Sequence record: OL631481.1
DNA from: Escherichia phage ECML-183-2
Strand: one strand, 5' to 3'
Length of the DNA: 64,000 bases
The position numbers were made by a program, and so were the translations under genes. Below are positions 26,416 to 36,375 of the stretch, in pieces (positions within the stretch are counted from its first letter, which is position 1; each line of letters begins with the position of its first letter). The notes under the pieces were generated by a model. It saw only the letters and a list, made by a program, of their open reading frames with translations. It did not search any database and had not been told where the DNA came from.

Positions 26416-27024
26416 ATGCAGATAGTATGTGATTGGGATTTAGTTGTGGCTCCGTTAGATGTTGCTTGGTTAGAATGGTTGAATAAGATTAGTGGCCTTG
26501 GTGTTAAAATCGACACATTCACAAAAAATGCAGATTATGATCTTACCAACTATTTTCCTGGTTTCAGGGAAGAGTTCAACATAGATCCTTACGGATTTCT
26601 GGATAATCCTCATCTCTACGATACTATGGGTTTTGTTCCAGGTATGCCAGATTTCTTAAAGTATGTTTCAAGGAAAGGTAGCAATCTTTTGATCGCGAGT
26701 GTGACAAAAGGTGGTCACTTAAGTTCTAAACATAAACATGTTTTAAGAACATTAGATACGATTGATTTTAGCAAAGGGTCTGGTAACGGCTTTTTTGCTA
26801 CGAAAGAAAAATACTTATTACCTTGTGATATAGCAATAGATGACAGGGCTGATAACCTATTATATTTTCCAGATGAAGTAGTTAAAATATATTTTAATAC
26901 ACCTTATAAAGATAACCATCTAGAAGAACTAAAGAAAAAACCAAATGTTGTGATCACAGGTTTAGAAGATCAGTGGCTAACATGTTTGGATGTTTTTAAC
27001 ACTTTGAACAATTTTAAAAACTAA
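26416..27024 (+). CDS. HAD-superfamily 5'(3')-deoxyribonucleotidase-like protein
   Basis: N-terminal DxD motif (VCDWDLVVAP) typical of HAD phosphatases. Confidence 0.45.
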   Translation: MQIVCDWDLVVAPLDVAWLEWLNKISGLGVKIDTFTKNADYDLTNYFPGFREEFNIDPYGFLDNPHLYDTMGFVPGMPDFLKYVSRKGSNLLIASVTKGGHLSSKHKHVLRTLDTIDFSKGSGNGFFATKEKYLLPCDIAIDDRADNLLYFPDEVVKIYFNTPYKDNHLEELKKKPNVVITGLEDQWLTCLDVFNTLNNFKN

Positions 27025-27033
27025 GGAGAAAAA

Positions 27034-28032
27034 ATGACAAAACAGATTTCGGCTAGTATTATTGCACATTCCATCACTGAAGACGGAAAAGAGATTGTAA
27101 CTTTCGAACTTGAATATCCACGTATTATTCATTCAGAACTGATGACTCACCGCCTGTTCAGTCGTAACGCTGCTTCTAGCCGTGCTATACCTGTTAAAAC
27201 ACTGATCGAAATGGTGCGAAATCAGCCTGCTCGTCCTTATCGTTTTGGGGCTAACCAACCTGGTATGCAGGATAAAGGTGTTGATCATGACGCGCTTATT
27301 GATGCAGGTTATACTGCTCAAGAGTGGTGGGATCTTGCCGCGCTTAGTGCAGCACGTTTCGCAGAAGAATTCTCTTTGGCAGGGTACCACAAACAAGTTG
27401 CAAACCGTCTTCTGGAACCTTTCCAACGAATTAAAACAGTTCTGACAGCAACAGAATATGAAAATTTCTGGTGGCTACGTGATGACAAAGAAGCCGATCC
27501 TACTATCGAAGCTTTGGCTAAAGAGATGCACAGAGAGTATGAAGGATCTACACCAGAAGTGCTGAAACCAGGGCAATGGCACACACCTTATGTAGACCAT
27601 TTCTATGATAATATTGGCACAGAAGGTGACGATCATTTTGTTTTTGGTGGATACTACGTTCAAGATGAATCTGGAGAAGTTGTTGTGCTTACTTTGGAAG
27701 AAGCCAAAGCTATTTCAGCTTCGTGTTGTGCACAGGTTAGCTATCGTCGTTTAAATGCAACTAAAGATAAAGCTTTAGATATCTATGGTCGTTTGCTAAC
27801 TGGGCGCAAGGTTCATGCTTCTCCGTTTGAACATCAAGCCACCCCAATGCAAGAAACATGCGAACAATATGGAGAGAACTGTTTTGAAGATTTGTTTATC
27901 AATGCTCCTTGGGATTTTAACTCTTGGGAACCAGGTATTACCCATGTAGATCGTAATGGTAAGTTTTGGTCTGGCAATTTCAAAGGTTGGATTCAACATC
28001 GTCAACTTTTAACAAATCATACTAAATGGTGA
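27034..28032 (+). CDS. thyX: FAD-dependent thymidylate synthase ThyX-like
   Basis: ThyX-like signature HRLFSRNAASSR (RHR-x7-S type); 332 aa. Confidence 0.55.
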   Translation: MTKQISASIIAHSITEDGKEIVTFELEYPRIIHSELMTHRLFSRNAASSRAIPVKTLIEMVRNQPARPYRFGANQPGMQDKGVDHDALIDAGYTAQEWWDLAALSAARFAEEFSLAGYHKQVANRLLEPFQRIKTVLTATEYENFWWLRDDKEADPTIEALAKEMHREYEGSTPEVLKPGQWHTPYVDHFYDNIGTEGDDHFVFGGYYVQDESGEVVVLTLEEAKAISASCCAQVSYRRLNATKDKALDIYGRLLTGRKVHASPFEHQATPMQETCEQYGENCFEDLFINAPWDFNSWEPGITHVDRNGKFWSGNFKGWIQHRQLLTNHTKW

Positions 28033-28130
28033 TCTGTTTAAATAGTTATTGACTTTAGTATTAGTTTTAGTATAATATAGCACAATACTGGGAGGAGGTG
28101 AGTCCTCCCATTCAAAATGAAGGAGAAAAT

Positions 28131-28541
28131 ATGTCATTAGTAAATACTACAACTTGGGCTACCGTAAGCATGTCTACTGTAATGTCTACCCCTATCTGGA
28201 AACTAGAATCAAATAAACACAATGGTAATATCCCACACGAGAAACAAAATGCTGTTATTAGAGCATCGCTTGTAATGCTGGGTATGGCTGAAGATTCACA
28301 CTATTCTGTTGAGCGTAATGTGAATATCCGAAGCAATAACGATAAGCGAGTAGTGTTTGCAAATACAACGCTTTTCACTTTCCCTGTTTCACCTAATTGT
28401 GGTTTTAAACGAATCTACCAAGAAAATGATATTTTTCATTTTGGTGATGAAGAATTTACAGGTTGGGGTGCGTCACATATTAAGATGGATGATTTCGGTA
28501 ACTCTTATGATCCTGCGAAAGCAGATGATACTAATCAATGA
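28131..28541 (+). CDS. hypothetical protein
   Basis: start at ATG after AAGGAG; the ORF-track GTG start sits too close to the GGAGG. Confidence 0.45.
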   Translation: MSLVNTTTWATVSMSTVMSTPIWKLESNKHNGNIPHEKQNAVIRASLVMLGMAEDSHYSVERNVNIRSNNDKRVVFANTTLFTFPVSPNCGFKRIYQENDIFHFGDEEFTGWGASHIKMDDFGNSYDPAKADDTNQ

Positions 28542-28792
28542 GAGGGACAATGACTGATAATAAATATGAAGGCTGTGAAATCGAAGTCTATTTTGATGAA
28601 ACTGTTGGTTGTAATGTAACTGTAATTCTAGACACTTCAAAACGTTTATCTCCTAAAAGACAAGAAGCAGACCGTCGAGCAAAAGCAAAAGGGTTTGATG
28701 ACATAACTCATTTTGAAGGTTTTCTATATGCTAATGGACTTTTTAATGAAATGAAGTTCGGTTATGATGTAGATGTTTTGAATATGCATTAA
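28538..28792 (+). CDS. hypothetical protein
   Basis: 84 aa, ATGA-coupled. Confidence 0.45.
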   Translation: MRGTMTDNKYEGCEIEVYFDETVGCNVTVILDTSKRLSPKRQEADRRAKAKGFDDITHFEGFLYANGLFNEMKFGYDVDVLNMH

Positions 28793-28808
28793 TAATAGGG
28801 AGGAGAAG

Positions 28809-31052
28809 TTGATTCGTTTTGTAACTAAATCTAACGGTAAGACAGAGGAGTTTAATCCAGAAAAACTTCGCAAGTGGTCTGAATTTGCAGCAGGTAAACT
28901 AAACTGGTCTGAAATTGAATTAGAAGCTGTGAAGCGGTGTTATGACGGTGTGTCTACACGTGATCTGCATAAAGCAATGATTGCAGCGTGTATTGACAAG
29001 AAAACACAAGCTTACAGTGATATGGCAGGAAGGCTTCTTCTGGGTATGATTTACAAACAGGCTCATGGGGGATACCACAGTATCCCTTCACTGAATACCT
29101 TTTATCATGATATGGTAGAACGTGGACATTGGGCTAAAATGGATTATACTGATGAAGAGATCAAAGAAATCGGTAAGATTGTAAAACATAATAAAAACCT
29201 AACTTATGGTTATTCTGTTTTACGCCAAATGGTAGATAAATATCTTATTCGAGATGCGGTGAACGATGTAGTACATGAGTCGCCACAGTTTCTTTTCATT
29301 GGTATTGCAATGAAGGTTATGGAGATCCAACCAAAAGAACGCCGTATAGAAGATATTAAAAAACTTTATACTTATGTTAGTGATCTTAAGATTAATCTGC
29401 CATCACCATATCTGACAACTCTACGAACTCCAATCAAAGGAAGTGCGTCTTGTTGTTTATTCCGTGCGGATGATACGGCAGAATCTTTAGCTATTGCTAA
29501 TTACTTAGCTCACGAATATACGTTGAATAACGCAGGTATTGGTGTTAATCTTCAAACTCGTGCCACAGGTCAAGGTGTTAAGAACAATCGTATTATTCAT
29601 GGTGGTCTTCTTCCGTATCTGAAATGGATGGAAGATAGTGTTGGAGCTTCGAAGCAAGCAAGCCGTGGAGGTAGTGCTACAGTTACCTTTACCATACTTG
29701 AACCAGACTTCGACGATCTGATTCGACTGAAGAATCCAACAACACCTATAGATAAACGAGTAGACAAACTAGATTATTCTATTGTTGTTAACCGTTCGTT
29801 CTTGCGTCGAGCAGCAAAAAACGAAGATTGGATGTTAGTTAGTTGTGATGATGCTCCTGAACTTTATGAAGCTTTGTATAAAAGTGAAGAAGAGTTTGAT
29901 GCAGTTTATGACAAAGTAAGCCGTCGTCGCATTAAGAAAAAATTTGTTAAGGCTCGTGATCTTCTGACAGAGATTATTGTTCAACGTGCAGAAACAGGAC
30001 GTATTTACATGTTCTTTGCTGACAACGTTAACAACCATACACCTTTCCTGGATACGGTGTATCAATCAAACCTGTGTCAAGAGATCTTCTTACCAACTAA
30101 AGCTTTCCACAGTATGCCGGATCTCTTTACTGGTGAGAATACAGAAGATCAAGAATTGGCTTTATGCTTCTTATCTTCTATTGTTGCTGGTCGTGTCTTA
30201 CCTGAAGAATATGAGGATGTTGCATACTACACTGTATTGACAATTGACAACGTTATTGAAACAATGGATTATCCATTTAAACATAACGAAATAACTGCTA
30301 AAGCACGTAGATCTATTGGTGTAGGCATTACAAACTTAGCGCATTACTTGGCAAGTAATTTTGTAAATTATTCAGATGCTTATGCTAAAAAATTAATGCA
30401 TGAACTTGCAGAACGTCATTACTTTTGGTTGGCAAAAGCCTCTCTGCGTCTGGCTAAGGAAAAAGGTAATGCGGAATGGATCGATAAAACCAAATGGCCT
30501 CAAGGTTGGCTACCAATTGACACTTATGCTAAAACAGTAGATAGTATCGGTAATTTTGATCTTAAAATGGACTGGGAAGGCTTACGTGCTGAAATCATTG
30601 AACAAGGTGGTATCCGTAACAGTGTCTTGGCTGCTATTGCACCTAATGAGTCCAGCAGTTTGGTAAGCAATACTACTAACTCTCTGTACCCTGTTCGTGA
30701 TACTATTATGTATAAACAAAGTCAGAAAGGTAGCGTATTATTTATTGTTCCAGACTACGAAAAACTGAAAATGTTCTACCAATCCGCCTGGGATACTCCG
30801 GCTAAAGACCTTGCAGAAATGTATGGTATCTTTACCAAGTTTACAGACCAAGGAATTTCTTGTGATTCTTGGTTAGATTATTCTAAATTGGTAGGGGGAC
30901 GTTTATCAGTTAAAGAAGAGATGAAATTTATTTTGAACTTTGCTAGACTGGGTGGTAAGTCATTGTATTACCTTAATAGTAGAACAAAATCAGCAGATTC
31001 TTTAGCACAAGAAGATTCTGAAGACGAAGGGTGTAGTGCCTGTAAAATGTAG
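28809..31052 (+). CDS. nrdA: ribonucleotide reductase large subunit (class I, NrdA)
   Basis: 747 aa; ATP-cone-like N-terminus; NLCQEI active-site motif; TTG start after GGGAGGAG. Confidence 0.85.
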   Translation: MIRFVTKSNGKTEEFNPEKLRKWSEFAAGKLNWSEIELEAVKRCYDGVSTRDLHKAMIAACIDKKTQAYSDMAGRLLLGMIYKQAHGGYHSIPSLNTFYHDMVERGHWAKMDYTDEEIKEIGKIVKHNKNLTYGYSVLRQMVDKYLIRDAVNDVVHESPQFLFIGIAMKVMEIQPKERRIEDIKKLYTYVSDLKINLPSPYLTTLRTPIKGSASCCLFRADDTAESLAIANYLAHEYTLNNAGIGVNLQTRATGQGVKNNRIIHGGLLPYLKWMEDSVGASKQASRGGSATVTFTILEPDFDDLIRLKNPTTPIDKRVDKLDYSIVVNRSFLRRAAKNEDWMLVSCDDAPELYEALYKSEEEFDAVYDKVSRRRIKKKFVKARDLLTEIIVQRAETGRIYMFFADNVNNHTPFLDTVYQSNLCQEIFLPTKAFHSMPDLFTGENTEDQELALCFLSSIVAGRVLPEEYEDVAYYTVLTIDNVIETMDYPFKHNEITAKARRSIGVGITNLAHYLASNFVNYSDAYAKKLMHELAERHYFWLAKASLRLAKEKGNAEWIDKTKWPQGWLPIDTYAKTVDSIGNFDLKMDWEGLRAEIIEQGGIRNSVLAAIAPNESSSLVSNTTNSLYPVRDTIMYKQSQKGSVLFIVPDYEKLKMFYQSAWDTPAKDLAEMYGIFTKFTDQGISCDSWLDYSKLVGGRLSVKEEMKFILNFARLGGKSLYYLNSRTKSADSLAQEDSEDEGCSACKM

Positions 31053-31063
31053 TAGGAGAACAG

Positions 31064-31720
31064 ATGAAGAAGGGTAAACGTAAAGTTACCGTTCTCACAG
31101 AGAGGGGAGAAATCCCCTTGATTGTGGATGTTGAACGTAGATTGTGGGAAGGTGGTGTTATCAATGGAAAAAGGGTTAATACATTCATAGATCCTTCCTA
31201 TGCAGCTTGGAAAGGCATGTTTAATCGTGCATATAGTATGGAAAACATTAGACCAGGTTATAAAGATGTTACCGTGTGTGATGCTTGGTTCACCTTTTCA
31301 AACTTTGATAACTGGTATCAAGAACATAACGTGGAAGGCTTTGTTTTAGATAAAGATCTTGTTCTTGAAGGAAATACTGTTTACTGTCCTGAATATTGTA
31401 GGTTTGTTCCTCCTTACATAAATACACTCTTAAGTTATGCTAAGAGGTATGAAAGAAAATACTTACTAGGAGCACATGTTAGGAAAGATGGTAAGATTTA
31501 TGCCAAAGCTTCTGGGAGCAAAGGTAAGCATTTAGGTTACTTCGCTACAGAGGAAGAGGCACACTTCGCTTGGCTAAAGGATAAAGCTAAGTCAATCAGG
31601 GAAACAGCGGATCGTTACAAAGAGGAAGAACATTTTTATCCAGAGGTGTACAACACTCTTGTAAACAAGGCGGATTTCTATTGGCACCTGGCGGAAACAA
31701 AAACAGTATTTCGAGGCTAA
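31064..31720 (+). CDS. AP2-domain DNA-binding protein, probable free-standing homing endonuclease
   Basis: C-terminal GKHLGYFATEEEAHFAW AP2-like segment; inserted between nrdA and nrdB. Confidence 0.45.
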   Translation: MKKGKRKVTVLTERGEIPLIVDVERRLWEGGVINGKRVNTFIDPSYAAWKGMFNRAYSMENIRPGYKDVTVCDAWFTFSNFDNWYQEHNVEGFVLDKDLVLEGNTVYCPEYCRFVPPYINTLLSYAKRYERKYLLGAHVRKDGKIYAKASGSKGKHLGYFATEEEAHFAWLKDKAKSIRETADRYKEEEHFYPEVYNTLVNKADFYWHLAETKTVFRG

Positions 31721-31727
31721 ATATAAA

Positions 31728-31748
31728 GGGGCTTCGGCCCCTTTTTTA
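31728..31748 (+). terminator. hairpin GGGGCTTCGGCCCC plus T-run (copy 1 of 3)
   Basis: perfect 5 bp GC stem with TTCG tetraloop followed by TTTTTT. Confidence 0.55.
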
Positions 31749-31761
31749 TTGAGGAGAGATT

Positions 31762-32100
31762 ATGAGCACACTTATAGTTTTACCTGGAGTAACCCCAATC
31801 TACCGTCCTGGGTTTAAGCCTTTGTTGATTCCCCCTGAAGATTTTACCCCTGTTTGGTGTCACCATTATCTCGGCGGACTTCAAATAGCTAATATCCAGA
31901 TTTGGGAATCTTTTTATCCAGAAGCTACGGCTTACGCAATAACAAGGGCAAGAAGTGAAGAAACAGTGACTGTTATACTCGGTAGAAGCGTATGGCAAGC
32001 ATTAGAAGGTTTCTACCGGACTAATGGTGTTGAGGAACATGATATTTTAAACTTAAAAGGTTTTTGTGAAATAGTGGAGGATTTAAATGGCAGCAATTAA
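31762..32100 (+). CDS. hypothetical protein
   Basis: 112 aa ORF between the endonuclease gene and nrdB. Confidence 0.45.
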   Translation: MSTLIVLPGVTPIYRPGFKPLLIPPEDFTPVWCHHYLGGLQIANIQIWESFYPEATAYAITRARSEETVTVILGRSVWQALEGFYRTNGVEEHDILNLKGFCEIVEDLNGSN

Positions 32101-33175
32101 TTTACATAACGAAGTTTACAAAACAGGAAAATATCCAGTATTTTTAGGGGAACAATTAGGGATTTTTGATTCTGTTAACGTAACTTATCCAGAAATGCAT
32201 AAACTCTACAAACTTCAAAAAGCACAAGATTGGGATGAGAATGAAGTTAATCTGGATCAGACACGTAAAGATTTCGTAGCTTGTTCTAAAAACAACTATG
32301 ATGTTATGATTAAAAACTTATCGTTCCAATGGGAAAATGATTCTCTTGCAAAATCAATCATCACTTTGTTCTCTCCATTCTTGAGTAACAATGAAGCCTG
32401 TGCTATGATGATGAAGCAGAGTGAAATGGAAGTTCTCCATGCGTTAACGTATTCTGAAATAATCCGTCAATGTACTCCAGATCCAATTGAAGTCATCAAT
32501 CAGATTATGATTAATGATAAAATTTTCAATCGTATGGGTATCATTGCTGATATCATGGGTCAGTTGGAAGAAGCTGGTCATAAGTATGCTCTAGGATTGA
32601 TTGAAGCTAACGATGAACTTCGCTTGCTGATTCTTAAAGGGATGGTAGCCCTGATTGGATTAGAAGGTATTCAGTTTATATCTTCCTTCTCTGCTACTTT
32701 TGCTATGGCAGAACAACAACTGTTTGTTGGGGCTTGTAAACTGATCCAGAAAATTATGCTAGATGAAATCTTGCATGTTAAGATGGACTATGCTGTAATT
32801 GATGCATTGATGCATGACCCAATTTGGCGTAAAATTTACGAAGATAATATTGAAGAGTTGACTTTGATCCTCGACACTGTTGTTGAACAAGAGGAACAGT
32901 GGTGTGACTACCTGTTTAGTGAAGGTCGTTTTATTGTAGGTCTTAACGCCGAATTGTCTAAACAGTGGGTTTATTTCAATGCTGCTCCTATTTATCGTCG
33001 ATTGAAAATGAAAGCCAAGTTTAAAGCACCTAAACATAGTCCTTTAGCTTGGATGGAAAAATGGTTGAATCCTGATTTGATTCAGTCAGCAGCCCAAGAG
33101 ATTCAGTTAACTAATTACAAATTGAATTCAGCTAACAAAGATCTCTCTGATGATGAGGAGCTTGACTTCGAATGA
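32087..33175 (+). CDS. nrdB: ribonucleotide reductase small subunit (NrdB)
   Basis: 362 aa; two ExxH ferritin-like motifs (EVLH, EILH); adjacent to nrdA. Confidence 0.75.
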   Translation: MAAINLHNEVYKTGKYPVFLGEQLGIFDSVNVTYPEMHKLYKLQKAQDWDENEVNLDQTRKDFVACSKNNYDVMIKNLSFQWENDSLAKSIITLFSPFLSNNEACAMMMKQSEMEVLHALTYSEIIRQCTPDPIEVINQIMINDKIFNRMGIIADIMGQLEEAGHKYALGLIEANDELRLLILKGMVALIGLEGIQFISSFSATFAMAEQQLFVGACKLIQKIMLDEILHVKMDYAVIDALMHDPIWRKIYEDNIEELTLILDTVVEQEEQWCDYLFSEGRFIVGLNAELSKQWVYFNAAPIYRRLKMKAKFKAPKHSPLAWMEKWLNPDLIQSAAQEIQLTNYKLNSANKDLSDDEELDFE

Positions 33176-33381
33176 TTTTGAAATGTGTTGGTATAATCGA
33201 CACATTCAAAGACGTTTTTGATAAAGGGGCTTCTTATGAAGCCTCTGAAATGAAGAATGGTTTTTGTGATGTATTCGGTAAACGCCTGAAGAAAAATGGC
33301 GATCCTTGGCTAGGAGTTATGTCTTGTGGTCATATTATTGTAAATGGTGTTGCCAAATTTGAAATAATTAAGGAGGAATAG
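33172..33381 (+). CDS. hypothetical protein
   Basis: 69 aa, ATGA-coupled to nrdB. Confidence 0.4.
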   Translation: MILKCVGIIDTFKDVFDKGASYEASEMKNGFCDVFGKRLKKNGDPWLGVMSCGHIIVNGVAKFEIIKEE

Positions 33382-33533
33382 TGGCTGAAAAACTTATTTT
33401 TTGTCCTGTGTGCGGTGGGACGGGACAGATGGAAGTGGAAATTATGGTAACATTTCCTTGCCTGAATTGTCATGGTGAGGGACGAGTAGTAGTCTTTGAA
33501 AAAGAAGGGTTGGAGGTAGAAGATGGAGAGTGA
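33381..33533 (+). CDS. small zinc-ribbon protein (50 aa)
   Basis: GTG after AGGAGG; CPVCGGTG ... CLNCHGEG. Confidence 0.35.
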   Translation: MAEKLIFCPVCGGTGQMEVEIMVTFPCLNCHGEGRVVVFEKEGLEVEDGE

Positions 33534-33687
33534 AAAAGAGTATGTTCGCATTCCACGAGAATTAACAGATCACATTGCAGAAGCAATAGCTTTCGAAGCT
33601 AGATGTTGTGGAGGCATTGCTTACGATATTTATGAAGCAATTATTAAAGCTGCTCAAGAAGAGGAGGAGATGAAAAATGGGTATTGA
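33523..33687 (+). CDS. small hypothetical protein (54 aa)
   Basis: ATG with upstream GGAGG; below ORF-track cutoff. Confidence 0.3.
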   Translation: MESEKEYVRIPRELTDHIAEAIAFEARCCGGIAYDIYEAIIKAAQEEEEMKNGY

Positions 33688-34003
33688 TATCGAATGGCGT
33701 ATGTTACAGGGTGCACCTTTTAATAAGTGGGAAGAGGCTGTAGGAGAAGATCCTAGAATTGAAGAAGAATTTGATGGAGATTTTAACTGGTTCTTACAAG
33801 AAGGTCTTGACTTAAGTCGAATCTCTCCTTTCTACGATGCTGATGAGTCTTATTGCATATATGGTATTTATTTAGAAGGCGGAGAAGGAAGCGTAGCTGT
33901 AGATCTTGAGCAAGTAAATGAGAATGCAAAAGAAGCCTATGCAGAGCTACTTGAAAAATATAACATTAAAACGGAAACTATTATTTCTCAACATGTCTGG
34001 TAA
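33677..34003 (+). CDS. hypothetical protein
   Basis: 108 aa, acidic. Confidence 0.45.
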   Translation: MGIDIEWRMLQGAPFNKWEEAVGEDPRIEEEFDGDFNWFLQEGLDLSRISPFYDADESYCIYGIYLEGGEGSVAVDLEQVNENAKEAYAELLEKYNIKTETIISQHVW

Positions 34004-34012
34004 GGAGAGAAA

Positions 34013-34579
34013 ATGAAAGTAGAAAAAACAAAAATTGAAGGTGCGGTAATTATCAAACCAGACGTTTATAAAGATGACCGTGGTTTCTTTTTAGAAACAT
34101 ATAATGAACAAAAATACGAAGATATCATTGGTAGACAAACTTTCGTTCAAGATAACATGTCTAAATCAAACTTCGGTGTTTTGCGAGGAATGCACTTTCA
34201 AACAAATAATCCGCAAGGTAAGCTTGTTCGTTGTGTAAGTGGTGAAGTATTGGATTTCGCTGTAGACTTACGTAAAGATAGTCCTACTTACGGTGCTTGG
34301 GACGGTGTTGTTCTTCGTGCACGACACCATACGCAGTTTTGGCTTCCACCTGGTTTGGCACATGGTTTTATAGTTTTGAGTATGGATGCTATCTTTGAAT
34401 ACAAATGCACAACTCCATACGACCCTTCTAGTGAAGAAAGTTTACGTTGGGATGATCCTGATATAGGGATCGATTGGGGCTTCGATATGATTTTTGATGA
34501 AGGTTTTAAACCTATCCTATCAACAAAAGATGCAATGGCTAAATCTTTTCAACAGTTACGTAGCGAGGGTGTATGCTAA
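34013..34579 (+). CDS. rmlC: dTDP-4-dehydrorhamnose 3,5-epimerase (RmlC-like cupin)
   Basis: DDRGFF, VLRGMHFQ, GKLVRCVSGEV, LPPGLAHGF segments match the RmlC family. Confidence 0.75.
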   Translation: MKVEKTKIEGAVIIKPDVYKDDRGFFLETYNEQKYEDIIGRQTFVQDNMSKSNFGVLRGMHFQTNNPQGKLVRCVSGEVLDFAVDLRKDSPTYGAWDGVVLRARHHTQFWLPPGLAHGFIVLSMDAIFEYKCTTPYDPSSEESLRWDDPDIGIDWGFDMIFDEGFKPILSTKDAMAKSFQQLRSEGVC

Positions 34580-35415
34580 CATATCTGGTATTGGGTGGTA
34601 ATGGACAACTGGGACAAGCTTTACGTAAAGTTGCCCCTGCAAATGTATCTTTAATTTATCCTAAAGAACGTGTAGATATTACAAATTTTGAAGCTGTGCG
34701 AAACGCTATTGTTGAAGATTATGTAGATGGTGTTATTAATTGCGCCGCTTATACGGCTGTAGATAAAGCCGAACAAGATTTTGCTACTGCTTTGGCTGTT
34801 AATGCTTATGGCCCTGCAAATATTGCGGCAGTGTGCAGCAAACTTAAAATTGATTTTGTGCATATTTCCACAGACTATATTTTTAATTATTCTCATCCTA
34901 TTTTTGAAGACACTGCACCTAACCCAATAAACAATTATGGGTATACGAAAGAACTTGGTGAAAAAATGGTGCGAGGAGTTAACCCAAATGCATATATTAT
35001 TCGAACAGCCTCGGTATATAGCGAATTTGGAAATAACTTTCTAAAAACCATGTTGTCTCGCTATAATGATGGACAACGTGATTTTATTATTGTTGCTGAT
35101 CAGTTCTCTTGTCCAACATATGCTCCAGATTTAGCAGAAGCTATTTTTGAAGTATTAAAAACAGGTTGGTCAAGGTCTGTTAAGACTTACCATTTTGCAG
35201 GAAGCCATCTTATTTCTTGGGCGGAGTTTGCGGAAAAGATCTTGACACAGATGCCAGAACCTGTTAAGATATCGGCGGTATCAGCTTCAACCTATAATGC
35301 TCCAGCAGCACGTCCGGTGAAGTCACAACTAATAACCAGTCACTATCTTACAAAATCAGATTTAAATAAAGGTATTGAACAGTCTTTAGCAGTATTACTT
35401 AATAAGGAGAGGTAA
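34573..35415 (+). CDS. rmlD: dTDP-4-dehydrorhamnose reductase (RmlD-like)
   Basis: N-terminal Rossmann GGNGQLG; 280 aa; overlaps rmlC by 7 nt. Confidence 0.65.
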   Translation: MLTYLVLGGNGQLGQALRKVAPANVSLIYPKERVDITNFEAVRNAIVEDYVDGVINCAAYTAVDKAEQDFATALAVNAYGPANIAAVCSKLKIDFVHISTDYIFNYSHPIFEDTAPNPINNYGYTKELGEKMVRGVNPNAYIIRTASVYSEFGNNFLKTMLSRYNDGQRDFIIVADQFSCPTYAPDLAEAIFEVLKTGWSRSVKTYHFAGSHLISWAEFAEKILTQMPEPVKISAVSASTYNAPAARPVKSQLITSHYLTKSDLNKGIEQSLAVLLNKER

Positions 35416-35675
35416 TGGAATTTGTAATTTTTGGTAAACCTAACTGTCAATTTTGCGAAATGTCAAAACAACTATTAACCATGCGCAATAAACAGTTTGA
35501 ATATTTAAGTCTTGATCAAGACTATGATTTAGAATCAATGACTAAAACAGTTGTTGATCTTACCGGAGTTCCTCCACGCACATTTCCACAAATTCTGTCT
35601 GAAGTGAACGGGGAGGTAACATACGTAGGCGGTTTTACCGAACTGCGTGATCTCATGGCTCAAATTGCGGAGTAA
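35415..35675 (+). CDS. glutaredoxin-like protein (NrdH/NrdC-type redoxin)
   Basis: 86 aa with CQFC active-site motif near N-terminus. Confidence 0.6.
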   Translation: MEFVIFGKPNCQFCEMSKQLLTMRNKQFEYLSLDQDYDLESMTKTVVDLTGVPPRTFPQILSEVNGEVTYVGGFTELRDLMAQIAE

Positions 35676-35680
35676 CAATT

Positions 35681-35830
35681 ATGAAAAGTAAACAGAAACG
35701 TAAGATCTTTTCTCGTGCTTTGGCAAATGAGCTGAAGTCCAACATAAAGAAAACGAAACCAAAACGTGAAACTTCTCCAGAACATCTGTTGTTTAATGAG
35801 TTGGATCACGGAGTAGGAGACGACGAATAG
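35681..35830 (+). CDS. small basic protein (49 aa)
   Basis: below ORF-track cutoff; weak RBS. Confidence 0.25.
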   Translation: MKSKQKRKIFSRALANELKSNIKKTKPKRETSPEHLLFNELDHGVGDDE

Positions 35831-35837
35831 GAAGTAA

Positions 35838-36338
35838 ATGGCTAAAGTAGTAGATGAGTTTGATATGCTACGAGTCGATGAAGGACTGAAGCTTACTGTT
35901 TATCAAGATCATCTTGGTTATTGGACAGTTGGCATAGGACACCTTCTGACTAAAATAAAAGATAAAGCAAAGGCTATTCAAATCTTAGATAATCTCCTTG
36001 GTCGTAAGACCAATGGAGTTATCACAGAAAAAGAAGCCCGTCAAATCTTTGCTGACGATGTTGCAAAAGTGAAGAGAGACATAAAAAACAGTGCTATCTT
36101 ATCACCAATCTATGATAAGGTGAGTGATACTCGTAAATTGGGAATAATCAACATGGTTTTCCAGTTGGGGTTAAAAGGTGCTGAAGGGTTTAAAAATAGC
36201 TTGACTTTAATCAGCAATGCATATTATACTCAAGCAGGTAAAAACATGCGTAAAAGCCGATGGTATAGCCAGACGCCAAACCGTGCTGAACGAGTAATTA
36301 AAGTTCTGACTTCTGGAACTTTAGATGCTTACAACTAA
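35838..36338 (+). CDS. T4-type lysozyme (GH24 muramidase)
   Basis: EGLKLTVYQD ... GYWTVGIGHL matches the T4 lysozyme catalytic region. Confidence 0.75.
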   Translation: MAKVVDEFDMLRVDEGLKLTVYQDHLGYWTVGIGHLLTKIKDKAKAIQILDNLLGRKTNGVITEKEARQIFADDVAKVKRDIKNSAILSPIYDKVSDTRKLGIINMVFQLGLKGAEGFKNSLTLISNAYYTQAGKNMRKSRWYSQTPNRAERVIKVLTSGTLDAYN

Positions 36339-36342
36339 TAAA

Positions 36343-36360
36343 GGGGCTTCGGCCCCTTCT
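36343..36360 (+). terminator. hairpin GGGGCTTCGGCCCC (copy 2 of 3)
   Basis: identical stem-loop; weak T-tract, so may be an attenuator or processing site. Confidence 0.4.
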
Positions 36361-36375
36361 AAAAGGAGTGCTACT

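Noticed and set aside
28098-28130. GTG start at 28098 given by the ORF track for gene 28098-28541
   Set aside because: The GTG directly abuts the GGAGG element with no spacing, whereas ATG at 28131 follows AAGGAG by about 6 nt; the later start was used.
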